A stretch of DNA of 57,771 bases from the NCBI GenBank assembly GCA_003427395.1, contig BFEA01000014.1:4106677-4164447 (forward strand), written 5' to 3'. The notes below the pieces were generated by a model. It was not told the DNA's origin. It was given only the letters and a program-made list of their open reading frames with translations, and did no database searches. The position numbers and the translations under genes were made by a program. The DNA comes from Chara braunii (lineage: Eukaryota > Plantae > Charophyceae). Of the stretch, positions 36,240 to 48,466 are shown piece after piece. Each line of letters starts with the position of its first letter. The first letter of the stretch is position 1.

Positions 36240-39200
36240 GGTGAATTCCCCCGGATATTATGTGTGTCCCCTGGGCCAGGCTTCACATAGCAATGCCTTC
36301 CACTCCCAGGGCCAGGGTGTAGATGTACCTAGTTGGCCCCAAATTTTGTCCCAGCATCTCCAGATCTATAATGCTCCCGGGCATTGTAGGAATATGTGCT
36401 CGATCATTTTAGGATACTTTCGAGCCGGAAAAACATTCGTGCACAGTTTACACAAGAGGAGGGTCAACCCTCTTTGCTCCAACGTTGTCCTATCTATTAA
36501 CCAATTATTGGTTGGTAGGCAGCGATGCTCTATCTGCCATTGAAGCGACGCTATTTTAGCAGGTTTTGCCCTAGCCAACTGAAACCATTTTAGTGGTCTT
36601 AACTCCTCCTGGTTGATATTTAGGTGGGTTCTCCATCTCTCCCGCACTTGGTCAGTGAGATTGATTTTGGGTCTGAGAAGCCTGCATGTTGATTTCACTG
36701 TTAAGCCGTAAAGGGTTTTAGTGTTGTTCTTTCCCTTCCTTCTCAGAGTTGACCACGACCATTCCGACGGGTCCAAAGGGAATTGCTAGATCGGGGTGGA
36801 CGGTCTGAAGGCTATCCATTGTTAATCTTTTTGGAGCACTCTCATTCGGAAAAGATCGGCTCTCTGGTATATGAGAGTTTCGTCTTCGGCGCTTTTGTGG
36901 AGGACGTTTCCTTCCGTTATATGGAAGCAGTTCATTGTTACGGATTTGTCCGACTGTATGAAGACCACCCTACCCACCTCCCCTTTCTTTTCCGGGTATA
37001 CCACCCAGTCGTCTACCTGTAGGGTAGGGCCCTTGCGTAGGATCCTCAACCAGTCTATGGGGATCATTTCCGCAATCTTTTCCAGGGCTGCTTGGGGGTG
37101 GTGGCAATAGTGGAGCTTTTCCCGTAGATGGTCCAGGCCAATCTAATCTCTTTCATCTGTATCCCATATATCTTGTATTCTAGTGACCCCTTTCTTTACC
37201 CAGCCTTGCCACGGCGAGTCCATGCAGTGGAGGGTTTGGCCATTCGTGTTTACTATCCACCTGTTACCAAATAGGGGTTGTCGCACTACTTCCTCCCATC
37301 TTATTGGCGGTATTTTGTCCAGGAGGGGGAGGCTTCTCCAGGTGTTGAGAAGGTTGGGCCAGAATGGGTCCTTAATCAGGTCTTCGTTGACGGTTTCTCT
37401 GGTTGTAGCAGGGCCCGGGTTCCAATGTCGTGACGCCCTGGGGATACCCCAACCTCTATTTTCCAGCCACATTAACGGGTCTCTGTCTTCCTTTGTTTGA
37501 GGGGTCAGTTTTGAAATTTATTTCAGGGTCAACCCTTGCCAATGGGATTCGGGGTTGAAAATAAGCAGCTTAATCCACTGTATTGCCAAAGCTTTTGTCT
37601 GCGTGAGCGGATCAATGATACCGAGACCTCCCCTTGTTTTGGCCCGGGTTATGGAATGTCATGCCACTCGGCTGATTACGTTTTGTTTGTCATGGGCCCC
37701 TCTCCATAAAAAAACCGCTATTTGACGTTGCAGGGGACGTAAAACCTTTTTATCCAGAGCCCAGATTGTCGATTCGTACCACATTGAGGCCAAAACACGT
37801 TGTTGATTATGAGGGAGCGACACCATAGCGAGGTATGCTTGTCTTTCCAGAGTGTCATTTTTGCAAGAGGAGGGGCCATGATCCATTCTTGGTTGGTGGC
37901 CGGTCTACCTTCTGTCGTCATTGAGATTCCTAGTACTCGTATAGGAGCCTCCTTTGGGAGCCACCTGATTCTTGGTTGTTATGGGGGTCTAACTCCTTGG
38001 TGGTGAATCCACCATCCTTGGGTTTTATTCCCCCAGTTCACTATCATATCTGACAAAAGGCAGAAGCGGTCCATCATCCATTGTATTCCTTCCATGGATT
38101 CTTTAGATGCGTCGACCATTAGAGTCAAATCATCGGCGAACATTGAGCATACTGGGATCGCTTCTTTGGGTATTGTTGATACTTGTATCCTCTTTATATT
38201 TTTGTGAGTTCTCAGATTAGCTGCCAGAGCTTCCATGGCTATTACAAAAAGGTAGGGGACAATAGGATCCCCTTGTCTGACGGGGCCAGGTTATTATTTA
38301 CCATAACGCTGGTTGCAGCGTTCGTGTGCAATATTTGTACCCACCGACGAAAGTCCGGACCAAAGTTGAGTTTTTCTAGACACTTGTCAAGGAAGTACCA
38401 GTCGACATGATCATAAGTTTTTTCAAAGTCAATGAAGATGATTGCTGCATTGTTTTTTGACTGCCTTGTTACCTTGATCATCTCATTGACCAGAAGGATG
38501 TTGTCTTGGATGTTTCTGCCTTGAATAAAACCCGTCTGGTCTGGGTGGATAATGTCTGTCATTATTGGCTCCAGGCGGTTAGTCAGGGCTTTGGCGATCA
38601 GTTTATAGACCACCGTAAGTAGCGTGATTGGTCTGTAATTCCTGATGTTAGTTTATCCCCTTTTTTGTAAAGAAGTGTCAGCACACCTTGTCCAGCGAAT
38701 TCCCCCATGCGACCAGTTTCCCAGACCTTATGATAAAAGTCTATGAGGTCCTGAGAGATAACCGGCCACATAGTTTTTCAAAATTCCTTCGGTAATCCAT
38801 CTATTCCTGGGGTTTTCTCTTTTTTCATTTGCGTTAGTGCTGCCAAAATTTCTTCTTGAGATAAGGGGGTATCAAGCGCTTCTTTTGCTGGGACGTGAGA
38901 GCTTTGTTCAGCGGGGATAGGAAGTCCTCAATTTCTATGTTCCGCTGAACGATGGACTGATTCCCGCAGGTGGATGTGAACAATTCCTCATAAAAATCTC
39001 TAACTATTGTAGTACATGCGGCTGTGGATGTGACCAGGGGGCTCTGGTTGTTTTTGGGATCTTCCAGAGCGTCGGTCAGTGATCTCCCTGAGTTCGCTTT
39101 GGCCATCGCAAAGAATCTGGCGTCCATTGCACCTTCCATGTTATGTTTGAAGAGTTTACCCCGGATCCTGTCGCCCTGCCATCTGCGTTCCATATGGGTT

Positions 39201-40355
39201 AGAAGATCTGATTCCAATGTTAGGATAGTCCCCGCCATATCGTTTTCCAGGTCATCTGTGATGTCATCATGTTGTTGGAGCTGGTGTAGGCGACGTTGTG
39301 TTTCCAGTTCATCAGCTTGGCGTCATGCTGCCATCATTTTAAAGAATTCATTACACTTGCGGCCCAGAAATGCTAGGCCGTTGTTGAACCATAGTATGTC
39401 GTCATTTAACTGATGTCTCTTCTCTTGCCAGTAAGACCACACGTCTTGAAGATACGTTTTAAAGTTGTCTAATTTCAAGAGGGATGTATTGAGTTTGTAA
39501 AAGCCTTTTCCTTGGTCCAACTTTTTTCTGAAGGAAAAAACAGCAAGGCACATGCATGGTCCAGGCCTGGAAAAGGGTTGTGAGGGAAATTTCTGCTATT
39601 TGAAGGGCGCCCAGAAGTTCTTCTGAGGCTATAATTAAGTCTATGCGGGATTTCGATCTACCCTCCGTGCCGTTTTTCCGTAGACATGTGTAACGCCGGT
39701 CTGTTGGGAAGCGCCTACGAAAGGTGTCAAAGAGGTTGAGAGATTGTAGGAGTTCCATTATTATTCCCTCGTCATTCTCCATATAAACCGGGCAAGGCAT
39801 GGGGACTTTCCACCTGTCTAACCATCGGTCAGGGGCCGCGTTGAAGTCCCCTGTTAAGATGACGGGAATCCCCACCGGTAATTTAGTTTTGAGGGATTCG
39901 AAGAATCTTTGTCGTGTTGTTGATTCATTGGGAGCATATATGTTCTGGATACTTAATACCTCGAGCTCAAGCATCCCTAATAGGTAGATCCATCTGCCTT
40001 CTTGTTAATCTGCTTCCTAATTGAGCAGTTCAAGCCTTGAGCCTGGAGGGATCCATATCGCTACTCCCCCACTTTCGGGCCGTGGTGCGTGGGCCCGGTA
40101 GGCTTGATGTGGCCAAAGCTCTTTATGTTTATGGTTGTGATTTGGGGTGTCCATAAGGTGAGTTTCCTGTAGACACACAACGTTAGGCTAGTCTCTCCCC
40201 CCTACCCCCTTCAATTGGTCTATGATAGCTTGCCTTTTGGGTGGTTTTGCGGAGGCCAGGCCGTTCACGTTGAGTGATCGCAGGTCGAGGTCAGCCTGCC
40301 TTTTACAGAGTTTTCAGACTTTGTCCCTCGCATATAAGGCTTCCACCACATTCAT
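36240..40355 (-). pseudogene. LINE A ORF2 (APE + RT), 5' part
   Basis: SLNVNGL, CLQETH, ILTGDFNA, SRIDLI, QTGFIQGRNIQDN, IDFEKTYD, MFADDL, CKLC...EHIFLQC; many stops and frameshifts. Confidence 0.92.
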
Positions 40356-40372
40356 TTAGTTCCTGTTATAAT

Positions 40373-43300
40373 TTAGAGGGGCAGCCACTCTTGCGAGTCC
40401 AGGATTTTTTCCTTTTGCAATGTACCATTCCTGAGTAGTTTTACCAAGAAGGCACATATTTCGGATGGAGACCACAGGTCCCCCGCTTTTACTTTCAATA
40501 TTTGTAGCTCCATCAGGGCGTTGTGGTCCAACCAAGTTAGGCCATCAAGTTTGTTATGGTCATAGCGCACAAAAATACCCCTGGAGGCAAGCCTGTGTTG
40601 TCCGTGGGTGAGAACCCTGGCCGAGGAGGCTCCCTCCGGGAGAAGGTCCCAGGTGAGCTGGGTTATATCTGTATTCCTAAGTACCCAGCTGCCAGCCCAG
40701 GAGGTCAGTGAGAGGAAAAGGACGAGCGCCCTTGAAGGGTGATTTCCCCATGCGTCGCTCCCTGCGACACCGATAAGCCCATCTCCCAGTGCTTTTCTTT
40801 TTGTCTCACTGGGAGGAGGACAATGCCCTTGTCTGACGGCGAAGGATCGTCCGTTGACAATTCCAACAGATGGCGAATTTTCTGCCTTTTGCTGACTAGA
40901 CTGATTTCCGGGGGCTTTGGAGAGGGGGGGCTATGGGGACTTATTCCATCTTTTAGTTCGGCCGGGGTCCTTTCAGCCAAGGCCATACTTAGACTTTCTG
41001 TCTCAGTCCCTTCTGTTTGCTCAGAGCCATTGTCTTCTTGTCTTATGTTTTCTCCTCTCTCTGATTTTTTATCTTCGTATTGGATTGAGGCCTCCTTTTT
41101 ATTTTTATCCTTTTCAAACTGTGTCTCCTCATTTTTATAGTTCCTTTGGTTCTGGTTGGTACTCCCTTCCGGCCCGGACGTTTGAGAGTTGGTCCCCAGG
41201 TCCTCATCAGGGAACTCTCTTTTTTCTCCCTGGTCTTTTTCCTTCTCTCTTTTTTCTCCCCGGTCCTTTTCCTTCTCCGAGATCAATGGGTGAAACCTGG
41301 TGAGGACAATGTGCAGGATTTTGTTGTAGATGTCGGACCAGGACATCCCTACGGCAGACCCCGGGTTAGGGCTCTCCGAAGGCTAAAGCTGCTTTCGAGC
41401 AGGGGGATCAACTCTCTATAAACCTCGTCCCAGAAGTCCTCGTTGTCGTCACCGTATTTCAGGCGCAGGCTTTCCATCAACCAGTCGGCTACCTCCTGCA
41501 GGTCATCCTTTTGTGTCACGGAGTCCTCTTCTGAGGTCGATGGAGGTTCTTTTGCTAATTGGTTGTCCCCGGAGTCATTGGCCTCAGACATTTCAACGTC
41601 AGGCGGGAACGGTGGCGGGGCCGGGGCCCCGGGGATGGTCTCTGTTTCCATGGGCTCCGAGCCGAAGGCCTCTTCTAGTATGTCTGTCCCGTTGTCTTTG
41701 TGCGGCTGTTGGTTATCCGTTGTTGTCCCAAGGAGGCGGGGCTCAGTCAGTTGGTCGACACTCAGATGATCGTTTCCTTTTTCGTTTTCTGGCAGCAGTA
41801 TTCTCTTCGGTATGTATTCTTTTGTTGCCATGCCCAATCTTTTTTATTTTTGTTTCTATTTTTCTCGGGGCTGCTGATCCTTTAATAAGCTTTGTGTGTT
41901 CTGCTCTGGGGGGAAGGGTGCTGCCCCTGGGTGGGAGTCCGTGGGTTCTTTCTGCTGTCTGTTTTCCCCCCCGGAGTGTTGCCTCTGAGTTCTTGGAGTT
42001 TGTGGGTTCGTCTGGCTGTCTGCTTCCTTTAGCTTTCAGTGGGACCCAATCATTTGGAGGCTTAATTGAGCCGTATGGGTCGCCACGCCCTTCCCAAGTC
42101 CAACCCCTGGCCTGACCTTTGAGGTCCAGATCCTCTAAGTAAACCCACCCTGCATAACTCCGGTCTGCAGGGTACCACCTGTTGGGTCTGCGATGGTGTT
42201 GTTGGAGTCTGCCAGTTGTGAGCCTTTTCTTATTGGGGTTCGCAGGGCAGGCTGTTTTTGTGCACAAGTGGCCATATGCCCTGCATTTAAAGCACCATGG
42301 CCGGAATTTATGGGCCGTGTGGATTTGGTGGACCTTCCCTCCCATTCTGTAGGGGATAATACCATCAATGGAAAAGGGTTGGTCCTTTGGCATATCCACG
42401 GCTAACATTAGGTAATCATCACGTTTTGCTACGTATGATGGCAGCGGATCGATAAAGTCAACGATATTGAACTGTTGACCAAATTCGTAAACAAAAGTTG
42501 CTTGAACTTCCACCGGGATATGCCTGAATTTGATCAAGAAATAGTCTCTCATGAGTTGCTCTCTCTTTTCCTCGGGAGTCTGCCTTTTCGGTTGCCATGG
42601 GTAAATGCAAACATCCGAAACCTCCCATCTAAGTTTCTTCCACCCATCCATCTTCTGCTTGTCTTGCACAAAGAGGCTCAACACCGTGAAGACTGTGGAT
42701 GTGAGAGGCTGGATCAGGAAAAACTCTTGAACTGCTTCCGGGCTGCCCTTCATCTCCTCGAGCCGTTTGTAGATCCACTTTATTTTGTCATTGATTGATC
42801 TATTTGCAGCCCCCCCGTAAAATAGCCAGTTACTCGCGTACTGAATGTAGGTCTCATCCCTTGCCTCCAGTTTGTCTTCTGGGTATGATTGCATCATTGT
42901 TTTCCTTCCCCCCTGGTCCACTAGCAGTTTGTCGGAGGGGAGCAGGAAGAGGGTGAGGAAATACACCCTTGCAGAAGAGAGGTTTCGAAGAGGGACTTTA
43001 AGAGTCTCGCCTGTCCCTTCCTGTGTCCCTTGCGGCCGGTTGATCGTGAGGTTCTTTTCCCGGATTGTTTGTCTGACTCGCTGTGCCCATGTAGGGGTGG
43101 GTGGGTTTTCTTTTTGTTTTTGATCAGGCACAATTGATTGCTTTTGTACCCTGTTCTCAGTGCATTTCTCTTCTTCGGTTAGTACTTCTTCTTCTTCCTC
43201 GTTCCCCTCTTCTTCGACCATCTCCACTTCCTCTTGCTCATCCCCCGATTCTATCATCTCTTGGTCCCGGGGGGGGTCTTGGTCCCGGGGGGGCTCGGTT

Positions 43301-43551
43301 GGTTTGGAGTCAAGGGTGGGTGTCCCCGGCAGGTTCGGCCAATGTAATTGGCTCAACCGTGTCTGAGACATGTCTGGGGGAGGCACATCAGGTGGGGGGG
43401 GTTTCTTCTGTTGTTGGGGTGCAGGGGGCCTTTTCCCCACCGGCCGTGTGTACGAATTTAGGGACAAGTCCCTGTTCAGGTTATGCCGCATTGCACCCTG
43501 ATAAAAGATCAGGGAATCAGCTCCCCTGACTCTTCTGTGTTGCAACTCCAT
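40373..43551 (-). pseudogene. LINE A ORF1 (about 1000 aa when joined; Cys/His knuckle-like motif)
   Basis: ORFs 41743..43551, 41349..41837, 40705..41346 and 40373..40570; WCFKCRAYGHLC motif; homologous end to end with copy B ORF1. Confidence 0.85.
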
Positions 43552-43769
43552 CCCTGAATGATTGAAGGTTTACTGTGCAGTAGTTTATGAATTCCACAAA
43601 TCTTTGTTATGTTTGCCTTCCAGTTCCACGAATCTCTTTTGTGTGGTTGGTAGAGTGTTTACTTGTTGTTTTGTTTATTATTATTGTTATATATATATAT
43701 ATATATCGTCACAAACAGAACTGCCCGGTAAACCGTAGGCAGAGAGGGAGAAGAGGACAACAAACGAGG

Positions 43770-43818
43770 GGCTGTGACAAACTGTTTCGTCGGAGTTTCA
43801 CCGACTCATCAGGAGGCT
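43770..43818 (-). ncRNA. Minimal type-I hammerhead ribozyme core, probably a PLE terminal remnant (43707-43817)
   Basis: Minus strand reads CUGAUGA-gucgg-ugaaacu-ccgac-GAAA-ca-guu-ug-UC. Stem II is perfect and stem III short; stem I does not pair in this copy. Confidence 0.75.
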
Positions 43819-43867
43819 ATATATATATATATGTATATATATATGTATATGTATATATATAAATATA

Positions 43868-43898
<31 letters not shown>
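43818..43898. repeat. (TA)n microsatellite; further tracts at 43688-43706 and 44084-44113
   Basis: Direct reading of the sequence. Confidence 0.95.
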
Positions 43899-43901
<3 letters not shown>

Positions 43902-44024
43902 CAGTAGTCGAAAGCAACATAAGCTTTAGCTCTAACCCAAGTAGCATGGGACACAGGAAATCCTGTGTGAATTTGTGAGGACCACCTCGTAAGGCTAAAT
44001 ACTCCTGGGTAACCGATAGCGAAA

Positions 44025-44057
<33 letters not shown>

Positions 44058-44080
44058 ATAGGGGAGTGAAAGAGAACATG

Positions 44081-44083
<3 letters not shown>
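43895..44083 (+). pseudogene. rrn23: Plastid 23S rRNA fragment (NUPT), domain I region
   Basis: aaggctaaatactcctgggtaaccgatagcgaa..agtaccgtgagggaaaggtgaaaagaaccccca..ggggagtgaaa.agaacatgaaa is the plastid/cyanobacterial-type 23S signature. Confidence 0.9.
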
Positions 44084-44116
<33 letters not shown>

Positions 44117-44726
44117 AGCAGCTGGCCAGGTGGAACCGGGGTCGACGGGAAGATGGGCAGGGAGGGCGGAGATGGCTAGGAGGGAGGGTGTTGGGTACCT
44201 TGCTACCACCGAGGGCTATCCTCTTACCACCATGTCTATTCGATGTCACTTGACGTCTCCTGTGCTTTGAACGATCTCGCTCCCAATTTCTTTCCCCCCT
44301 CTGCTTTTCCTTCTACTTTTCTTCACCCGCACGCTTCCCCAGGCCTTCCTGCTTACTTTCTCGCTCCTCCTCCTCTATTCGGGGTCCTTTAATGTCTCGT
44401 CCTCCGCTCCTCGAACACCGCCTCGTCACGCACTGCTTCGTCACAGGTTCGTGTTTCACTCTGCACCCGGGTTCTCCTCTCTCTCCGACCACTTTTCCTT
44501 TCGCTCTTCCCCACAGGGGCTTCGCCACTCCTCTCCGCCGAGATTTCATTCACCATACACCGTCGGCTTTGTTGGCAGCGACGAAGTTCCTGACTGTTCT
44601 TTTTTTTTCCTTTCTCGGTGCTTGTCGATTTTCCACTTCAAAACGGCGCCCTCCAGGTGGCACCGCTATGTACTGTTCTCTCCCTTCTCCCTGTTAGAAT
44701 CGGTCTTAGATTCGTCACCCTGTTTC

Positions 44727-47700
44727 AGGGAAGAAAGCAGGCAGCGACCTCCCTGCTCTTCTTCCAAGGGGCCATGCGACACACCTAGAGCAGGCGGGTC
44801 GCCACTGCCCCATATGAGCGCCCTCGCCTCGTACCCCTATCTGCAACCAACGGCCGGACCCCCAACACTGACAATAAGGAGGGAAGGACCTGTCTAACGG
44901 AGGCAGCATCCGTATCTCGCCAGGACCAAGGGGTGGGAGGGGGGAGTGGAAAAGGGACCGCACAAGGGGTGGGAAAGAGAATTGAAAAAGGGATCGAAGA
45001 GCAGGAAACGACAGAAGGATTAGGGACAGAAAGGAAGGCAGACGAGGAACTGGAGGAAAGCGAAGACGATGATATGGAAATGGGGGAGAGCGAAAGGGAT
45101 GACACGGAAATGTGGGAGATCGAAGAGGATGAGATTTTGACTGAGGAAGAAAAAGAAAAGGAAAAAGGAATGGCAAGTAAGCACGCTGTTAATCAGGAAA
45201 GGAAGCAAGAGACTCCAAGGAAAGGAGAGGAGAAACCCTCATGGGCGCAGAAGGTCAGGGGAACATTGCAGGAAAAAAACCTGACCATAAAATAACCTGT
45301 GTTGGGTGTGCAACCAGGGGAGATGGAGGACCTGAGGGTACCATTGAAGAGCCTCTCCGCTGCGAAAGCATATTTCCTAACCCGCTTCCTCCTCCCCTCG
45401 GAAAACCATGTGGTAGATCAGGGAGGACGGAATACGCTGATGAGAACATATCCGACGGAGAAATTGGAGGACAGGGATAAAGCGTATATAAAGCATGCGA
45501 GCAATTGGGTTTTTCAGGGTGAGATGGCAGAAAAATCGGTTAATGACAAAATAAAATGGATCTACAGAAAACTGAAGGAAATGAAAGGTAACTCGGACGC
45601 AGTCTAGAAATTTTTCCTAATACAGCCCCTGTCGTCGACTGTGTTCACGGTCTTGAGCCTTCTCACGCAGGACAAACAACGGATGGATGGGTGGAGAAGG
45701 ATTAGATGGGAGAGGTCCGAAGTGCGTATATATCCCTGGCAACCCAAAAAACTCACCCCGGAGGAAAAAAGAGAACAAATGATGAAAGATTACTTCTGGG
45801 TAGAGTTTAGGCACATCCCGGTGGAAGTGCAGGCCACTTTTATACACGATTTGGCACAGCAATACACAATAGTAGACTTTATTGGCCCGTTGTCAGCGTA
45901 CGTGGCGAGAAGAGACGAGTACGTGATGCAGGCCATTGATCTTCCGAAGAATCAACCCTTCTCCATCGACGATATCATCCCCTTCAAGATGGGGGGAAAG
46001 CTTCACCAAATCCACATTGCGCACACGTTTCGGCCCTGGTGCTTCAAATGCAGAGCATACGGCCACTTTTGCACAGAATCTGCTTGCCTTCAGCACCCAA
46101 ACAACAACCGCCAGACAGCGGGGCGACTGCAATGTGACCTCCACAGGCCCAACAGATGGCACACCTTGGACCCGAGATACGACGGTTGGGTGTACCTTGA
46201 CGAGCTGGACTCGAAAGGACAAACAAAGGGATGGACCTGGGAAGGAAGGGGGGATCAATGTTGGGCTACCAAGCCACCGAGTGATTGGTCACCGAGTCGC
46301 TCAGCCAATCCCCGGGAGCGACCCGAACCCCCCTCGAAGGCTGCACGGCCAGCACAACCGCAACCGCAGCCGGGGAACATACAGAAGAGACAAAAACAAG
46401 TCGTCAAGGGGCCGATAATGGATGATTACCAATCTAGCGGGAAACGACAGTACAACCAAAAGGGGGAGAGGAAGGGGGGGTTATGGCAGGTGCTGAAGAG
46501 GAAAGAACCAAAACCGGAAGACCATGATGATCAAAAACAAAAACAGTAAGTAAAGGGCCCAGCTGCAACAGACTACCAGCCCAACGGGGACCAACCATAT
46601 AACCAGAAGGGGGAAGGGAGGGGTTAGGCTGCAAAAGGCTACCAACCCGGTGGGGACCGACAGTATAATCAGAAAGGGGGAGGGATATGACAGGTGCTAA
46701 AGAAGAAAGAACCAGCACAGGAAGACACTACCAAAGGAACCCCCAGTCAGGATGGACGGAAGGAAGAGGGGACGGGGGGAATAAGGCAGGTGCTGAAGAA
46801 GAGGGAATCAGAGCAGGAACACACTGCAGGGGAAGGTGACCCCTCCCAACACGGAGGCGGCACCAGGCAGCCCGAGAGCAACAGAGAAATCAATCACCTC
46901 CTCGAGATAGCCTTCGGAACAGCCCCGATGGAAGTAGAAGTTATCCCAGGCCCTCCCCCCACCGACCCCCCCTGAGATAGTGATGGAAGACGCTGCAGAC
47001 ATACAGGAGCAACAGACTGACACAGAACGAGACCCAACAACCTACGTTGCAGGCATACAGGGGCAACAGACCAACACGGAAAGAGACCCACCAACCAATA
47101 GCCAGGGAGACAGCCTGAAGGACCTGGCTGATTGGCTCATGGAAAACCTGCAGATGAAGTTTCAGGGCAGGGAGGACGAATTCTGGGATACTACGTACCT
47201 GACCTTGATTTCTCTCCTCGAAAACAGTGACAGTCTATAGCTGGCCCTCCTGAACGGTCTGCCAGAAGGGGCTAAGTGGTCCGATATTTGTCAGAAACTT
47301 CTCACCATAGTTCTTGACCGTTTCCAACCGCACGAGGGCAGCACCGTCGATGAAAATAAGGGGGCGAACCCGGCTCCCTCATCCGAAGAAAACAAGGATC
47401 AGAGGAGTGGAGAGAACAACCCGATACCTAAAGAGACTGAGGGACCCCGGGGTGGACAGAATGCCCCGGCACAGAAAATGGAGGAAAACATGGCGGTGAG
47501 AGGCAGCCAAGCAGCTGAAGGCGAGGGACAGAAAAAAACAAAGGATGGGTTAGGGGAAACGGAGGAGGGGAAGATAAGGACAGGGAGTCAGGGAACGACG
47601 GGCGTTGAAGAAAGAAGAGGGAGAGAGAGTTAGGGAACAGAAAGTGGGACGGAGAAGGGAGAAGGGGAGGAAGGAGAGGAAGAGATCGCAAGGGCAACAA

Positions 47701-48425
47701 TGGAGAAGAGCGCACAAAAGCAAACAGGAAAATGCGGGGAGATTGACATCACGAAAGAAACTAAAAAGGTGTCAGTCGGAAACGAGGAGGGACTGTGTCT
47801 GGCCCTGGCAGCATGGCAGCCAGAAAGGACCACACTACAAAAATCAGGCAAAACATGCAATTTTGCAGCTCCTCAGGCCCCATCCCCCCTGGACGTGGAT
47901 CTTACAAGCAAACGCCTGAAGATGCGCTACCTGTTAGACAAGGGTGGGACACTACCGCCTCTGGAAAAAGGTCTTCTCTTCATACCGGTGCGACACAGGG
48001 ATGATTCTTGGGAGATAGGCCTGTCGACACTCTCAGAGGCGGCCCACGGGGAGGTCACATTGAAAGGCCGATCCACCTTCTTCCTCCCACTCACAACGTG
48101 GGGAGGTGGCCCGACATTCTTGAAATCGGACATTGTCCAACTGACTCAAGACCACCTCCCAAAAGGCATCGTCGCCTCTCTAGTGATCTCATATGGCGAG
48201 CACAGACTGGCTGACAGGGACGTATATCTTAAATACGAACAGAACAAGGTGGAAGGACTTCATTGGTTCAATCAGGAGCTGTTGAAGGATCTGCAGCTGC
48301 TAAAGATCAAAGCCAGTGACCTTTGGTCAGAAGCGGACATCAGGTCCCTCTTAACAAAACTGCTGAAAAATCATACCCGGCAGACGGGCGGCCCTCTGGA
48401 CACAGAACCATGGTTGCCATTTTAA
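44727..48425 (+). pseudogene. LINE B ORF1, disrupted, with internal repeats at about 46440-46830 and 46990-47095
   Basis: ORFs 44933.., 45299.., 45641..46549 (WCFKCRAYGHFC), 46980.. and 47700..48425 all match copy A. Confidence 0.85.
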
Positions 48426-48466
48426 GGAAAAGAAGACAACAACTGTTCAGGGATAAGAGAGATTAG

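Larger units (their letters stand above)
25463..43687 (-). mobile_element. L1-clade (L1/Tx1-like) LINE copy A, near full length, interrupted by a Gypsy element
   Basis: ORF1, APE, RT, C-terminal Cys/His motif, 3' UTR and poly(A) at 25463-25493. Collinear with copy B. Confidence 0.92.

Noticed and set aside
43895-44083. Functional rRNA gene
   Set aside because: Only about 190 bp, bounded by microsatellite.
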